Shown here: positions 9,912 through 21,437 of the stretch, piece by piece | Numbering within the stretch: the first letter of the stretch is position 1 | Layout of the letters: each line of letters opens with the position of its first letter | Source: Emiliania huxleyi CCMP1516 | Lineage: Eukaryota | Direction of reading: 5' to 3' | DNA length: 64,000 bases | NCBI RefSeq assembly: GCF_000372725.1 | Contig: NW_005201391.1 | Location: 298,736 to 362,735 of the forward strand | The notes under the pieces: model-generated | Database searches by the model: none | Told to the model about the DNA's origin: nothing | Seen by the model: the letters and a program-made list of their open reading frames with translations, nothing else | Made by a program: the position numbers and the translations under genes

Positions 9912-12039
9912 ATGGGCCCGTCGGCGTCTCGAGCCGGCAGCACCCTGCCGAGCAGGCCCCCGCGCGGCTGCTTCGTCTGCGGCCAGCTGACCGACACGCT
10001 CCACCGGCTTGTCGCCTCTTTTGAGCCGCCAGTCAGCATGGCGACGCCGCCGTTCAACTTGCACGACTACAACGCCGACGAGATGCCACGGTTCGCGCAG
10101 GGCGTGCAGGTGAACGTGGCGGTGTTCGGGCCGGCCTCCACCGTGGCCGTCACCCGGCTGATGCGCCAGATTGACGGCATGGACGACCTCAGCTCGGTGC
10201 TCGGCCGCGTGCTCCCCTCGTCGCGCTATGATGACTTCGTCGTGCGCAAGGCGCGCGAGTCCGTGACGGAGTTTCTGATAAACAACCCGGAGCTCGACGG
10301 CAGGCTGCCGAGGGACGGCCAGCAGCGCCTCCAGCGCGCGCGCGAGCGGCTGCGCGCCTTTTTCGAGAGCTGCCCGCGCGCGCGGCCGGCCAGCCTCGAG
10401 CAGTGGTATGCTTTTGTGGACCGCTCGCTGGGGGGGGAGCAGTGGCGCAGCCCGGGCGCGCTGCACGTGCCGTCGGTGCTCAGGCTCTTCGGGCTGGAGG
10501 CGCACGAGGCCGAGGCCGTCGCGGGGACAAAGTTTGCGCGGGCGGACTGCGCGGCGGCGGGGGAGGAGCAGCCGGGCACGAGAAGGCGCGAGAAGTGTGT
10601 GAGCTGCGGGCGCTCGTATTGGTGGGGGGCCGTCCCTGAGCCTTCTGGGAACCGCCCCGCAGGCCCGAGAAGGTGTGGCGCGCGCTCGAGTGGTTGGGCA
10701 AGGCTCTCGCTTCCGGCTACGGACCCCCAGGCGAAGACGAGATTCGCCGAGATTCGCCGAGATTGGAGGTGTGGCTACGGCCGTCCAGGCGCGACTTCCG
10801 CGCCCTGGTCTGGTCTCTGTGTATCTCCTAGAGCCTTCCCGGAGCCCGCTCGGACCTTTCCCCGGAGCTCCCCCGCAGGCGCGACGAGCGACCTTGTCAA
10901 CCTCGTCTTCTTGCTGGAGCGGTCCCCGCCGGAGGCGCGCCGCCCCGAGATGATGTACTCTAGATGATGAGGGCAAGCGGCCGGTGTACTCCGACCGGCG
11001 CTCGAGAGGAAGGGTGCTCAGCTGGTGCTCGCTGTGTTCGCACTCCTTGTACCCATGCGATGCTCCGACTAGACGGGACATGCCGCAGTCACGCCCGCAC
11101 GGCTTGTGTCTTCATGATGTCGCCACCGTCGTCGTGGCGCCCTCGGAGCCTTCCCGGACCCTCCCCGCAGGCGCCCGTCGCAACCGTCGTCGAGGCGTTC
11201 CGCGCGCGGCGGCTGGAGCGAGGCGAGTGTCCGGCCTCGAAGTGTCGATCTCGAGCCGCGAGAGTTGCCGAGATCACGCCGAGGTGTGGCCCGAGAGTAG
11301 GCGAGGTCTCGGATCTCGAGCTGCCGCTGCGGATGGTGCAGGCGCAGCACCTGTCCCAGCACCTGTCTCCGCCTCCCTCGCCGCCCCGCCCTCGCCGCCC
11401 CGCCCTCGCCGCCCCGCCCGCACCCCCCCCGCGCCCCGCCGCCACCCTCCACGCCGCCCCCCCACCCCACCGCCCTCCGCTCCCCCGCCCTCCACCCACC
11501 AACCTCCCTCAACACCGCCGCCCCCCGCACACCTCCCTCCCCACCGCCTCTCCCTCCGCGCCCTCCCGCGCCCGACAGGATGGCGAGTTCGACGACACGC
11601 TTGCCTGGAAGCTGCTGCACCACCTGCACAGGAAGCGAGGCTCGCTCGACGCCTTCAAGGTGCCCCACTCTGGGACATCCGCACCGCGAGGGGACATCGG
11701 CACCGCGGGGTTGCGCATCTCGGCTGACGCGCCTCTCGCCCTCCTTCCCAAGGTGCACATGCAGCTGCCGCAGTACAGCGATCTACCCTCCGCGCTGTGG
11801 TTCGAGTCGCTCGCCACGCAGCTGCGCGAGGCCGGGGTCGAGCCCCTCATCGACGGCCGCTCCCTCAACGCTGACAAGGTGCGGCGCAGCCTCAAGACTG
11901 CGCCCGCGCGTCTTCGTCTGTGACGCGGGTTCGTTTCTCTCGCTAGGTGCGGCGCAACCCGATGTTCAAGCTCAACGCAGACGGCGGCGCCGCCCCGCCC
12001 CCGCCGTCCAGGGAGCCGTCCGGGCAGCATGTGGGCTAA
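9912..12039 (+). CDS. Hypothetical multi-exon protein
   Basis: Long open first exon with coding-like codon use (9912 to about 10627). Further exons (ATSDLVNLVFLLE; APVATVVEAFR; DGEFDDTLAWKLL; HMQLPQYSDLP; VRRNPMFKLNA...HVG*) joined by GC/GT-AG introns. Confidence 0.65.
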
Positions 12040-12363
12040 CGGGGCCCGGGTGCGGCCGGCGGGCGGTCAGCTTGCTCGGCGAGAGGCTTGTATTCTCCAA
12101 TCGCCCACGTTTGCTCTCCACGCGGCAAACGCCATCAGCACAAACGGGTGGAAAGCGGCCGCGCACCTTTCATGCACATCTCGCGACCTCTTCCAAGTCA
12201 GCACGTGTATCTCTTCCCCATGTCGTCGTCGTCTCGTGCGTGCGGGGCGTCCACATGCAAATGTGTTATATTCGTTTCCGATTCCGTTTTCCGTCCGGAC
12301 TAGCGACTGCGACTCTCCGACTGCCTCTCTTAGTGCCTAAACGCAAATCTCCGATATAGCATA

Positions 12364-12715
12364 TAGAAGCTGTTTAAGTGTTGGCTGAAATCCTTAACGT
12401 TGTTCAAGTGTTCACCCCAGCCCATGCTGTTACTGTTTGTTACTGTTGTTACTGTTGTTACTGTTGTTCAGCGGTCAGCAAGCAGAAAATGCCAAAAAAC
12501 CCGGGTAAACCCCGAAAAAATACCTGTGGGGTTTTCCGGGTATATTTTGTGGTGTTACCCGCACTGGACGCTGGAGATCGTCGTGGGTCACTGCCAGGCC
12601 TTCCTTATTGTTGTTCAGCCGGCCTAACGTTAGCTACTGTTGTTGGGGAGCCCCACTGTTGTTCTGTTGTTACTGTTAACACTAGCAACACAGCTCCCAA
12701 CGTTAAACAGCTCTA
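12364..12715. mobile_element. MITE, copy 2 of the 6450-6825 family
   Basis: About 330 bp nearly identical to copy 1 (GTGTTGGCTGAAATCCTTAACG...CACTAGCAACAC); ends GTTAAACAGCTCTA. Confidence 0.8.
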
Positions 12716-12731
12716 ATCTCCGTAAGCGTAA

Positions 12732-13123
<392 letters not shown>

Positions 13124-13386
13124 GTAAACACGGTAAAGGCTAAAGCCGAGAGACGGCGCGGGGTGTGTGGACACCGTGGCACACATTCAGTGGAGCCGAG
13201 CGCGAGCCCCTTCGTGCTTCGAGCGACGAGCGTCGACTGGGTTTTTTGGTTTAAACTTTCGTTCGGACACGTTCCCCTCCGCCCGGGCGCAGCCGCACCG
13301 CGCTGCCAAAGCGGAGAGCGAGCCCCAATCTGAGACGCAACCCCCATTGACGAAAAAAGCGCCTCAGCCCTCACGTGAGCCCTTAA

Positions 13387-13949
13387 CCCTTTTGCTTCAT
13401 AAGGTTCCTGGAGAACAAATCTCGATATATCTCCAGTCGTAGCGGTGGAACGTTAAAACGGCTCGGTAAATATTTAGCCATGTATGAGAGGATTACGCCA
13501 CAGTGTCGTTTGAGTCGACAGTAAATCTCCCACAGCCCACGTAAATCCGTCTTTTTCAGGCACCCGGAGCCCTCCGCGGCCGCTTCTACGCCGGCGAAGC
13601 ACCATCAAGCTGCTGTACGGCCCCGGCATCGCCTCCCCTGGCTTAGCTCTCAGTCAAGATATTGAGCACCTGGGTGGCCTCTACAATATACTCACTGACA
13701 TTGAACCTCCCAGAGCTCGTCCCGGTCCGTCACGGCCATCCTCGGCCTCCGGAGGGCCCCCGGCCGCGGCGCGGTGCGGCGGAGTCACAAATCCGACCAC
13801 AGAGCACCGGGACGCGGTCGGGCGATCTGAGGCCCAAGTAGGCGAATGCATTGCCCATCCAGGGCTATCACCTGGACCTATCAACAGGCGCCTGCGGCGC
13901 CGTGCTCAGGAGTTGGTTTTCACTCGCTCGAAATGTGTACGTAAAAGGG
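13387..13949. mobile_element. Non-autonomous piggyBac-like element
   Basis: TTAA|CCCTTTTGC ... GTAAAAGGG|TTAA: TTAA on both sides (13383-13386, 13950-13953) with CCC...GGG termini; no transposase ORF. Confidence 0.65.
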
Positions 13950-14194
13950 TTAAGCTTAACCAGGAAGCACCAAAAACTAAACCTTCCGCATACATGTACC
14001 GCAACTCCTTTTCATAAATGCGAGAAAGAAAACCGTCGAGCAGTCAACTCAGCGCGCGCGGAACCCCTCAGAGGGAGCTTCGTGGAGCGGCGCCCCGGCC
14101 GCGTCAAGAATTCTTGTGTGACTGTCCTGCGACTCGGCGTCTCTCGCGCGGCTGGCGACTTTGCTCCAGCGATTCATTGCTCCAAGAAACAAAG

Positions 14195-15112
14195 ATGCGC
14201 ACCGAACGACTGCTGTCGGTGAACGAGGACCGCGACTCCCTTCTCGACGCCGCGACACACGCCGATCCGGCAAGGCTGCGCGCCCTCCTCGCGCGGGGCG
14301 TCGCCGCCGACGACCCAGAGGCGGAAGGGTGGGAGCAGCCGCTGGCGCACGCGGTTTCACACGGGCACACCGAGTGCGCCAAGCTCCTCGTCGCCGCCGG
14401 CGCTCGCGTCAACAGCTCCATGGTCCTGTGGGCGCTCGAGGCGCTCCCAGATGGCGCGATGGCACGAATTCTGTCGGGCGCGCCTGCAGAGAAGAAGGGC
14501 GGGCAGGCGTGGGGCGAGAGGCACCGCGCGCTCGCCTCGAGTCTGCTCGTCCGTACCTGCGCGCAGTCGGGCGGACCGCGGCTCCTGCAGGCGTGCCTCG
14601 ACATGGGCGTGCCGGCCGATTTTCAGCTGACGATCGGCGACAGCCGTCTGACGCCCCTCGCCCTCGCCGCGGCCGTCGGAGAGGAGGCGTGCGTCGAGGT
14701 GCTTCTGCACGAGAAGGCGGATCCTTCCCGCACCGCGTTTGTCGCCGGCAATCACACCACCCCGCTCCAGCTGGCGCGCAGCGCCGGCAGCTCGGCGGTG
14801 GAGCTCCTGCTGCGCCAGGCAGGAGCCAGCGAGCCGGCCGCCCAGCCAGCCTGCGCTGCCGCGTCGTCGGATCACGCAAGCGAGGTGGCCGTCGACGCTT
14901 CCTCTGTCGGAGCGGACCCGTCAGTCTGCGCCGCCGACCCGGCAGATTCGGTGCACGAGCGGTCCGCGAACGCGGATCTGCGTGTGGCCAAGACGGTCAT
15001 GGGTGGCTACCGCTCGCCGCTCCGGAGCAACAGCAACTCGCCGTCTCCCCCGGCCTCGCCCGTGTGCCGGGCGCGACTTCAGCGATGGTTCTCCACGCCC
15101 GCCACGGAGTGA
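14195..15112 (+). CDS. Ankyrin-repeat protein (single exon)
   Basis: QPLAHAVSHGHTECAKLLVAAGARVN, TPLALAAAVGEEACVEVLLHEKADPS, TPLQLARSAGSSAVELLLRQAGA. Confidence 0.85.
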   Translation: MRTERLLSVNEDRDSLLDAATHADPARLRALLARGVAADDPEAEGWEQPLAHAVSHGHTECAKLLVAAGARVNSSMVLWALEALPDGAMARILSGAPAEKKGGQAWGERHRALASSLLVRTCAQSGGPRLLQACLDMGVPADFQLTIGDSRLTPLALAAAVGEEACVEVLLHEKADPSRTAFVAGNHTTPLQLARSAGSSAVELLLRQAGASEPAAQPACAAASSDHASEVAVDASSVGADPSVCAADPADSVHERSANADLRVAKTVMGGYRSPLRSNSNSPSPPASPVCRARLQRWFSTPATE

Positions 15113-16677
15113 TCAGTTGAGTGCACTGACGGCAAGCATTTGCGCGCGAAGAGCCGCGCGGAATGCAACCTTCGGGGAGGGCCTGATGAGTGGTTTTGGG
15201 CACTGCCATCGGGGCAGGTGAGAACACTGCGAGAAAGAAGAAGAAGCCGACAGCAAATTTCAGTTGACGCAGGGAGGTTTCTGTTCCACCGCTCTCTCAG
15301 AGAGATTTTTGAAAACCTCAGCGACCAGCGCGCAGCGCCCTCCCTAGAGGTTGCAACGGTCGCCGCCAACTTTAGGCTGTATACCTGTTTCCTCGCTCAT
15401 CCCGTCTCTTCCCGCGTGGTTCTCTACAGCACCCTCTCGTTTCCTCTCTATGTTTCCCGAGGAAACTCCGTGGAAATCAGCTGGTTTGGGCCCAAAATCA
15501 GCCAAATCGGCAAAATATTTTTGCGGGTATACCTGGAAAAACCCGGGGCCGCAGACCGCTCAGTCTTCGCTCTTCCTCTTGAAGTCTTCCACCGCGCAGT
15601 CCGCAAGAGTGAAGAGACACCAGGTCGCAGCTCGCACGCAGGGACAGGACTCAGGAGCGGCACGCGCAAAGCGACGAGCGGGAATGCGGATGCGGTATTC
15701 CCAGGTAGAGGCTGGTGATGGCGAGGGTCTCGCCGAGTCGACGGCGCAGGTGCCTCAATCCTGGCCTCCGGCGGGACGCCTCGCCGGCCGTGGATCCCCG
15801 GCGTGATGGGGGCCTCAGAGCTCAATGCGCAAACCGAGATGCGGTGAGCGAGCGCCCTAGCCTGAGCGCGCGCGGCGGGAAGCCGCGGCGCTGGCGGCAG
15901 GGTCGGTGACGGTGGATAGCGTGTTGGGCGAAAAAAGGGCGGAGTCGCGACGCTCCGCCGCTGCCACGTCCGGCCGGAGCCCGTAGCGCCCTGCACGGCG
16001 GGGCCTCGTGACCTACATCGATGTAGATAAAGAAACCACACTGCGCAGTGCACACACCACGAGATATGGCTGGATGAGCCTTCGGCCAGACGGCACCCAA
16101 CCCTCCCTCGCCGCCGCCGCCCGCCCCGCCGCCGCCCTAGCCTCCGCCGCCGTCCGGCATGCCGCCGCTCTCGCCGCCCTCGCCTTCAACGCCGCCCTCT
16201 GAGCAGTGGTCGAACAAGAAGATTGGATAACTCGGCTGACAATCTTCCGCACGGCTTAAAACTGTCCTGCTACAACTCTACGCTACACGAGGTGCGAGGG
16301 GTCGGGGCCAAGATAGGCGGCTGCACGTGTGGGCGCGAGTACCGCTATACGTGTCTGCACGTGTGGCCACGTATCTTGGCTAACAGAATGACATGTATCA
16401 GCCCCGCCGAGCTCGATGCGCGGCAGCGGGTGAGGGCGGCTATTCTCCCCCGAGGCAGGCAAGTATACACAGTCCCTCGTGTCGCGCATGTAAGTCCCGG
16501 TTGCCGTGCGCGCCAGCGCGTGTGGCCGCGTACCTTAGCTAAGATACGCGCGCACGGGCGTGGGTGGGCAAAAACGGGTCACTTTGCGGGGTTTGCCGAC
16601 TATGAGTCTATGACGGTCCACTGCTCTCTGACCCGGAGCGGCTTGTGCTTCCAAGAACGAGCCTCAATCCACGGCGG

Positions 16678-16820
16678 ATGAAGGACTACGAGCTCGTCCT
16701 CTCCCTTTGGCAACGCCTTCGCGCCAAACACACCGTGACGTGGAGGCATGTGAAGGGTCACAGCGACAACAAATGGAACGACTACGTCGACGAGCTAGCT
16801 ACTCGCGGCAGGCAGGGTGA
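16678..16820 (+). pseudogene. RNase H (type I) C-terminal fragment, probable retroelement relic
   Basis: LWQRLRAKHTVTWRHVKGHSDNKWNDYVDELATRG matches the RNase HI 'W.hVKGHs...N..aD.LA..G' motif. The N-terminal catalytic residues and any RT domain are missing. Confidence 0.75.
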
Positions 16821-17984
16821 CAGAGGCTCAAACGCTGCCGAGTGGGCGGACGACACCATCCCGACGGACACTCCCGACGAGGGAAGCAACGCGGAGGGGG
16901 GCGACAGCAGTACCATTGGACACGGAGCAACGGGCGGCGGCCAGGACTCGGAGAGGCAAGATGGTAGCGACACCGACTGTGGGCCTGCTACACCAACGGC
17001 TACAGCCCCAGCCAGCCCTGTCAGCCACCCCTCGCCCGCCACCGACCCTGAAACCGCATCCGTCGCTAACCCTCGACGTGCCCCCCGAGTTCGAGGGCCC
17101 GGACGGAAGCTCTGGCCTCTGCAGACAGCCAGACCGCTCTGCGCGGTCGGACCGACTTTTTCAGACTTAACTATTATGGCACATGCACATGGATACTGAG
17201 GGTATGTGCTGCTAGATTTCACGGAGCTGAGCTCGTATCTGCCTTTGGTAAGCAGTTTTGAGTTCGGTAATGTCTGCGGTAAGCTATTTCCGTGTACGGA
17301 GGGCCGCGTCCGGACGACCATGAAACGTCGGCCCGGACTTCCCGTGCGGGGGCCTTCGCGGAGATGGCGGGTATGGCGCTTGTCAGAGCGTTCCTCGTCT
17401 GGGCTTGGCATCACACCTCTCCCATCCACGCACGTGTAGCTGAAGCAAGTACTCGTAAAAACGGCACGTCAAATGCAGCATCTAAAGAAGACGACATGAA
17501 TGTTCACAGAGATGTTCAACTGTTCAGACCTTTGCGCGGGGTGTGTGTGAACAGCCATTCCGCATGGTTGAAGGTTTGAAGGGGTCTGTCAACCACTTGG
17601 TTGATGGTTGAGACCTCTGTCAACCCGCTGGTTGACAGTTGAGGCAATCGGCCTCAACCACCGCTCTGGGCAGAGTGAGTGCAGCGTTGGCCGCCGCTCC
17701 GGTCGGGCGGCGTCTGTCTGTGTGTGAGCAGCTCCCTGGTGACTGCGTATAGCCAGCCAGATCCCCGCCTGACAAAATCATTCACAAAGGGAACGAAAAT
17801 TCCTCTTTTACCACTATGAGTCTGTGAGTGCCAGTGCGCGCCAGCTCGGTGCCCATTCTTTTTTCGATTTTTTCCCTCTTTTACCGATGCCGCGCCCACG
17901 TGGAACGAACGACGGCGGGCCAACGACCGCCCCGTCCAGAGGGCGCCCCCCACCACACACACAGTCTAAGCGCGCCCAGGCGAA

Positions 17985-19442
17985 ATGGGAGCCCAGCTCC
18001 TGCAGTGCCTTGCCATCGCGGCGGCCGTCCTGATCGCGGTCGTCCTCGACCTGAGCGTGAACTCCCACGGCCGCACCGTCACATTCCAGCTACGCCGGCT
18101 CGTCAACTGGCTCGTGGCGGGTGCGACCTACGCCGTCTTCTACATGGCTCGCTACGCTGCGGTAATCGTCAACACGCCCTCGGTCAGCTCCCTGCTCGGC
18201 GCCACACCGAGCGGGTACGGCGCGCTGCTCACGTGTGGGTTCTGGTCCTATGCGGTCGGCACGGCGCTCGGGGGCGGAGTGGTCGACAAAATTGGCGGCA
18301 GGCGCTCACTGCTCGTCGGCGCCGCTGGGAGCTGCGCGTGCTGCGCCGCCGCCGGCGCACTGCTGCTGCTGCATCCCAGCTACTGGGAGCTCCTGCTGCT
18401 CAACTCGCTCAACCTCGCCAGCGCAAGCCTCGCCGCTCTCTCTGTCATCCGCATCAACGTCGACTGGTACACCAAGAGCGAGCGGGGCACCTTCGCCGGC
18501 ATCTTTGGCACCATGCTCTCCACCGGCTACTTTGTGGCGCTCGTCCTCGGCGGGTGGGTCCTCGCAGCCCACGGACCTGCCGCCAGCTTCCTAGCGCCGG
18601 CATCCGCCCTCGCCGTCGCCGCGCCGCTCGTGGCCTGCGCCGTCGCCGACCGGCCCGCCGACGTCCGGTGCGTATCGCTCGTCTCAGAGCCTGCCGGCAG
18701 CCGCGCCTCCTCTCCCTCGAGCCGGGGTTGCGTCGTCCCAATGCCTTACCGCACCGCGTTGCGTCGGCTGCTCGCCGATCCAAAGGTGCGAGCGACGATG
18801 CTCGGCCTCTTTGGCACGGGCTGGGTGCGCGAGGGCTTCCTCAGCTGGTTCGGCTCTTACCTGCACGCCACCGCCGGCGTCGAGGTTGGGTCTGCCTCCC
18901 ACTCGGCGGCGGCGATGGCCATCACGCTCGGAGGGATGGTGGGCTCGCTCGGCGTCGGCGTCATCTCCGACCGATGCTGCGGCTCAAGGCGCGCGCCTGT
19001 GGTCCTCGCGTGCGCCCTCGCGCAGGCGGCCATTCTCCTCTGCTTCCCCGCGGCGGTGCGCGCGGCAATCGCGTCCGGAAGCGCCGACGCCGTGCTCCCT
19101 CTGGCCCTCTTGTGCGGCGCGCTCTCGGCGCCGCTCTTTGGCGCGCTGACGGTCCTCATGGCGGCCGCGAGCGTGGAGCTCGTTGAGCCGTCCCTGAGCG
19201 GCACGGCGTCCGGGCTACTAAACTGCGCGCAGTATGTTGGGTCGGGGTCTTCGACACTCATTGCCGGGGCAGCTATCGAGTGGCTTGGGCCAGACGCCCT
19301 GTTCGCGAGCCTTACGCTCGGCGCGGGCCTGTCGACGGTGGGCATGGCGCGGGTGATGTGGCTGCAGCACGGAGCCAGGGCGCTGGAGGCGAAGCGCCTG
19401 ACACAAGGCGCTGAGGTGGTCGAGCTCGAGGAGCGCGTGTAG
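17985..19442 (+). CDS. MFS transporter, organophosphate:Pi antiporter (GlpT/UhpT/SLC37-like); single exon
   Basis: 485 aa with about 12 hydrophobic segments; YAVFYMARY, GGVVDKIGGRR, DWYTKSERGT, GVISDRCCGSRR, GTASGLLNCAQYVG. Confidence 0.88.
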   Translation: MGAQLLQCLAIAAAVLIAVVLDLSVNSHGRTVTFQLRRLVNWLVAGATYAVFYMARYAAVIVNTPSVSSLLGATPSGYGALLTCGFWSYAVGTALGGGVVDKIGGRRSLLVGAAGSCACCAAAGALLLLHPSYWELLLLNSLNLASASLAALSVIRINVDWYTKSERGTFAGIFGTMLSTGYFVALVLGGWVLAAHGPAASFLAPASALAVAAPLVACAVADRPADVRCVSLVSEPAGSRASSPSSRGCVVPMPYRTALRRLLADPKVRATMLGLFGTGWVREGFLSWFGSYLHATAGVEVGSASHSAAAMAITLGGMVGSLGVGVISDRCCGSRRAPVVLACALAQAAILLCFPAAVRAAIASGSADAVLPLALLCGALSAPLFGALTVLMAAASVELVEPSLSGTASGLLNCAQYVGSGSSTLIAGAAIEWLGPDALFASLTLGAGLSTVGMARVMWLQHGARALEAKRLTQGAEVVELEERV

Positions 19443-19909
19443 AGATAGTTATAGCTAACGAGACACATCGCCACAGTGCGGCCAGGGCTCTATAGACTCG
19501 GTCGAAAGCCCCCAGATTGGCACCTGTGCCTCTCTGGGCCGAGCGTTTTTGATCTCTCGGTGAGTGGGGGGCCGAGCCGCCTCGGGGTGGCGGGCGGGCG
19601 GGCGTTTTGAAAAACAGAAAACCGAAAACAGAGGGGGGCCAGGGCCCCAACTGCGATTAGACACACGCACCTGGCTCCTGGGACAAGGCAAGAATCGCAG
19701 CACGCAGTTCAGCGGAGTCAGTGCCGGGAGAAGGGGGGGGAGGGGTCAATCAGTTCACTATACCGTGACTGATCCCTGCGAACAGCAATGCACGCCGAGA
19801 CGTATGTGGCGAGCGCGCCACGATCCGTCCACCGATCCGGCCGATCTTTGGCCGAGACCGCCATTTACCGGGGCGCGTAAGGGGTTAACAGATGCTTGAC
19901 TCAAAAGTT

Positions 19910-20010
19910 ACTTGGAGCACTTGGAGTGCAGTCGGTAACCTCACATCCAGGGCCGGGGAGCTCAGAAGCGCACCCAGCGGGCCGGATGATTGGCATCGGG
20001 TTGCGGGCAA
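19910..20010 (+). repeat. About 100-bp dispersed repeat, second copy at 53752-53854
   Basis: ACTTGGAGCACTTGGAG...AACCTCACATCCAGGGCCGGGGAGCT.AGAAGCGCACCCAGCGGGCCGGATGAT.GGCATCGGG shared by both copies. Confidence 0.85.
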
Positions 20011-20079
20011 GAGCTAGCCTTCTAATTTTTTCTGTCGGCCGCCGGTCTTCGGCGCGCAGGCAAAGCTCAGGCTAAGCTC

Positions 20080-21064
20080 ATGGGCGACGAAGAGAAGCGG
20101 GTAACGCGGCGATGGAGCGCCACGCCGTCGCAACCGACGCCCGTCCTGCCCGCCATTGCCGGGTTCACCGCGTGCGGCGCCCTTGCGATGGGCTTTGGCG
20201 CCGGGTACGGGTCGCGCTCCTTCCACCAGTCCGAGGCGTATAAGGAGCTGCTGGAGAAGTTCCCGGACCGCCCGACCGCCGAGATGGAGGCGTATGCGCG
20301 GCGCGTCGGCGGCCGCGCGCTGCTCGCGGGCACCGGGCTCGCGGCGCTCATGGGCGTGGGGGCGGTCGCCACGGCGCGTGCTTATGGCATCACCACCGCC
20401 GCGCAGTTTGGGGAGGAGGTGCGGCGGTGGTTCCCGACGACGGATGTGCTGCGTGAGGGCGTCGAGAATTCGCCGCTGCAGCCGCTCCAGCGCAAGCTGT
20501 CCGCCAACCTGCAGACCGCGCGCGACTCTGCGGGAGGGGCCTACCAGCAGTCGAAACTCGGCCGAAAGCGAGCCTCGCACCGCCCTGGCCCCACCGCCAC
20601 TCCACCCTGCCTCTCCTCCTTCCCTCGCCCTCCCCTCCCTCTCCGTTGCTCTCCCCTCCTCCATTCCTCTCCTCTCCTCTCTACCGTCGCCTCCCCCTCT
20701 CGTCCCTCCCTACCCCTTCCACTCCTCCCTCCTCCCTCCCCTCGCGTCGCTGCCCGCCTCTGCCCCTCCAGCCCGCCCTCGCTCGGACCGTACCTCGGCC
20801 ATTTCCCGCCACACGCCGCAGCTCGCCCGCCCGTCGGAGTCCGCCGCTCCCCTCCCCCCCCCCCCCACACACACACAAAGCCGCAGCCTCTCACCACGGG
20901 TCCTGCCTGCCGCGCCGCGCAGGCTGAGCGCACAGGCGCAGGCGAGCAGCGAGAAGGGGCAGGCCAAGGTGGAGAAGGCGATGCAGCCGTGGGAGAAGGA
21001 GCTCCTCGAGAAGCTGCGCGAGCTAGAGGCGGAGGATGCCGCCAAAGCCAAGAGGGCGTCGTGA
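20080..21064 (+). CDS. TMEM242/DUF1358-like small membrane protein; 2 exons
   Basis: GFGAGYG...GGRALLAGTGLAALMGVGAVATARAYGITTAAQFGEEVRRWFP resembles the DUF1358 C-terminal pattern. GC-AG intron about 20568-20922; exon 2 reads LSAQAQ...KAKRAS*. Confidence 0.65.
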
Positions 21065-21437
21065 GGGGTGGCGAGGAGGGAGGGGGAGCTGCACTCCCCC
21101 AAGAGAAGGGAGAGAGGGGGGAGGGAGGTAGGGGGGTCGACGGGAGAGCGTCGGCCGCCGGGGGTTGCTTGGCCTCCTCCCGCCGCCGCGCGAGGAGAAC
21201 TCCGCGGGGCTTTTGTCCGCTGTCCGCTCTAGTCTCTGTGCACACTGTGTGTCCCTACCTAGTGGCCTGTGAGATGTGACTGTGGCTCTCGTGGCTCGCG
21301 TGCGATTCTAGTCTCGCTCCGAGCAGCATGGTGTGGAGGTCTTGCTTGTGCGCGTGGAATACATCCGTGCTCTAGTACTTTCAAGGCTAGACCCAGTCCC
21401 AGTCTCCTCGCGCCACACGAGGGCCGGCCGCTGAGCA

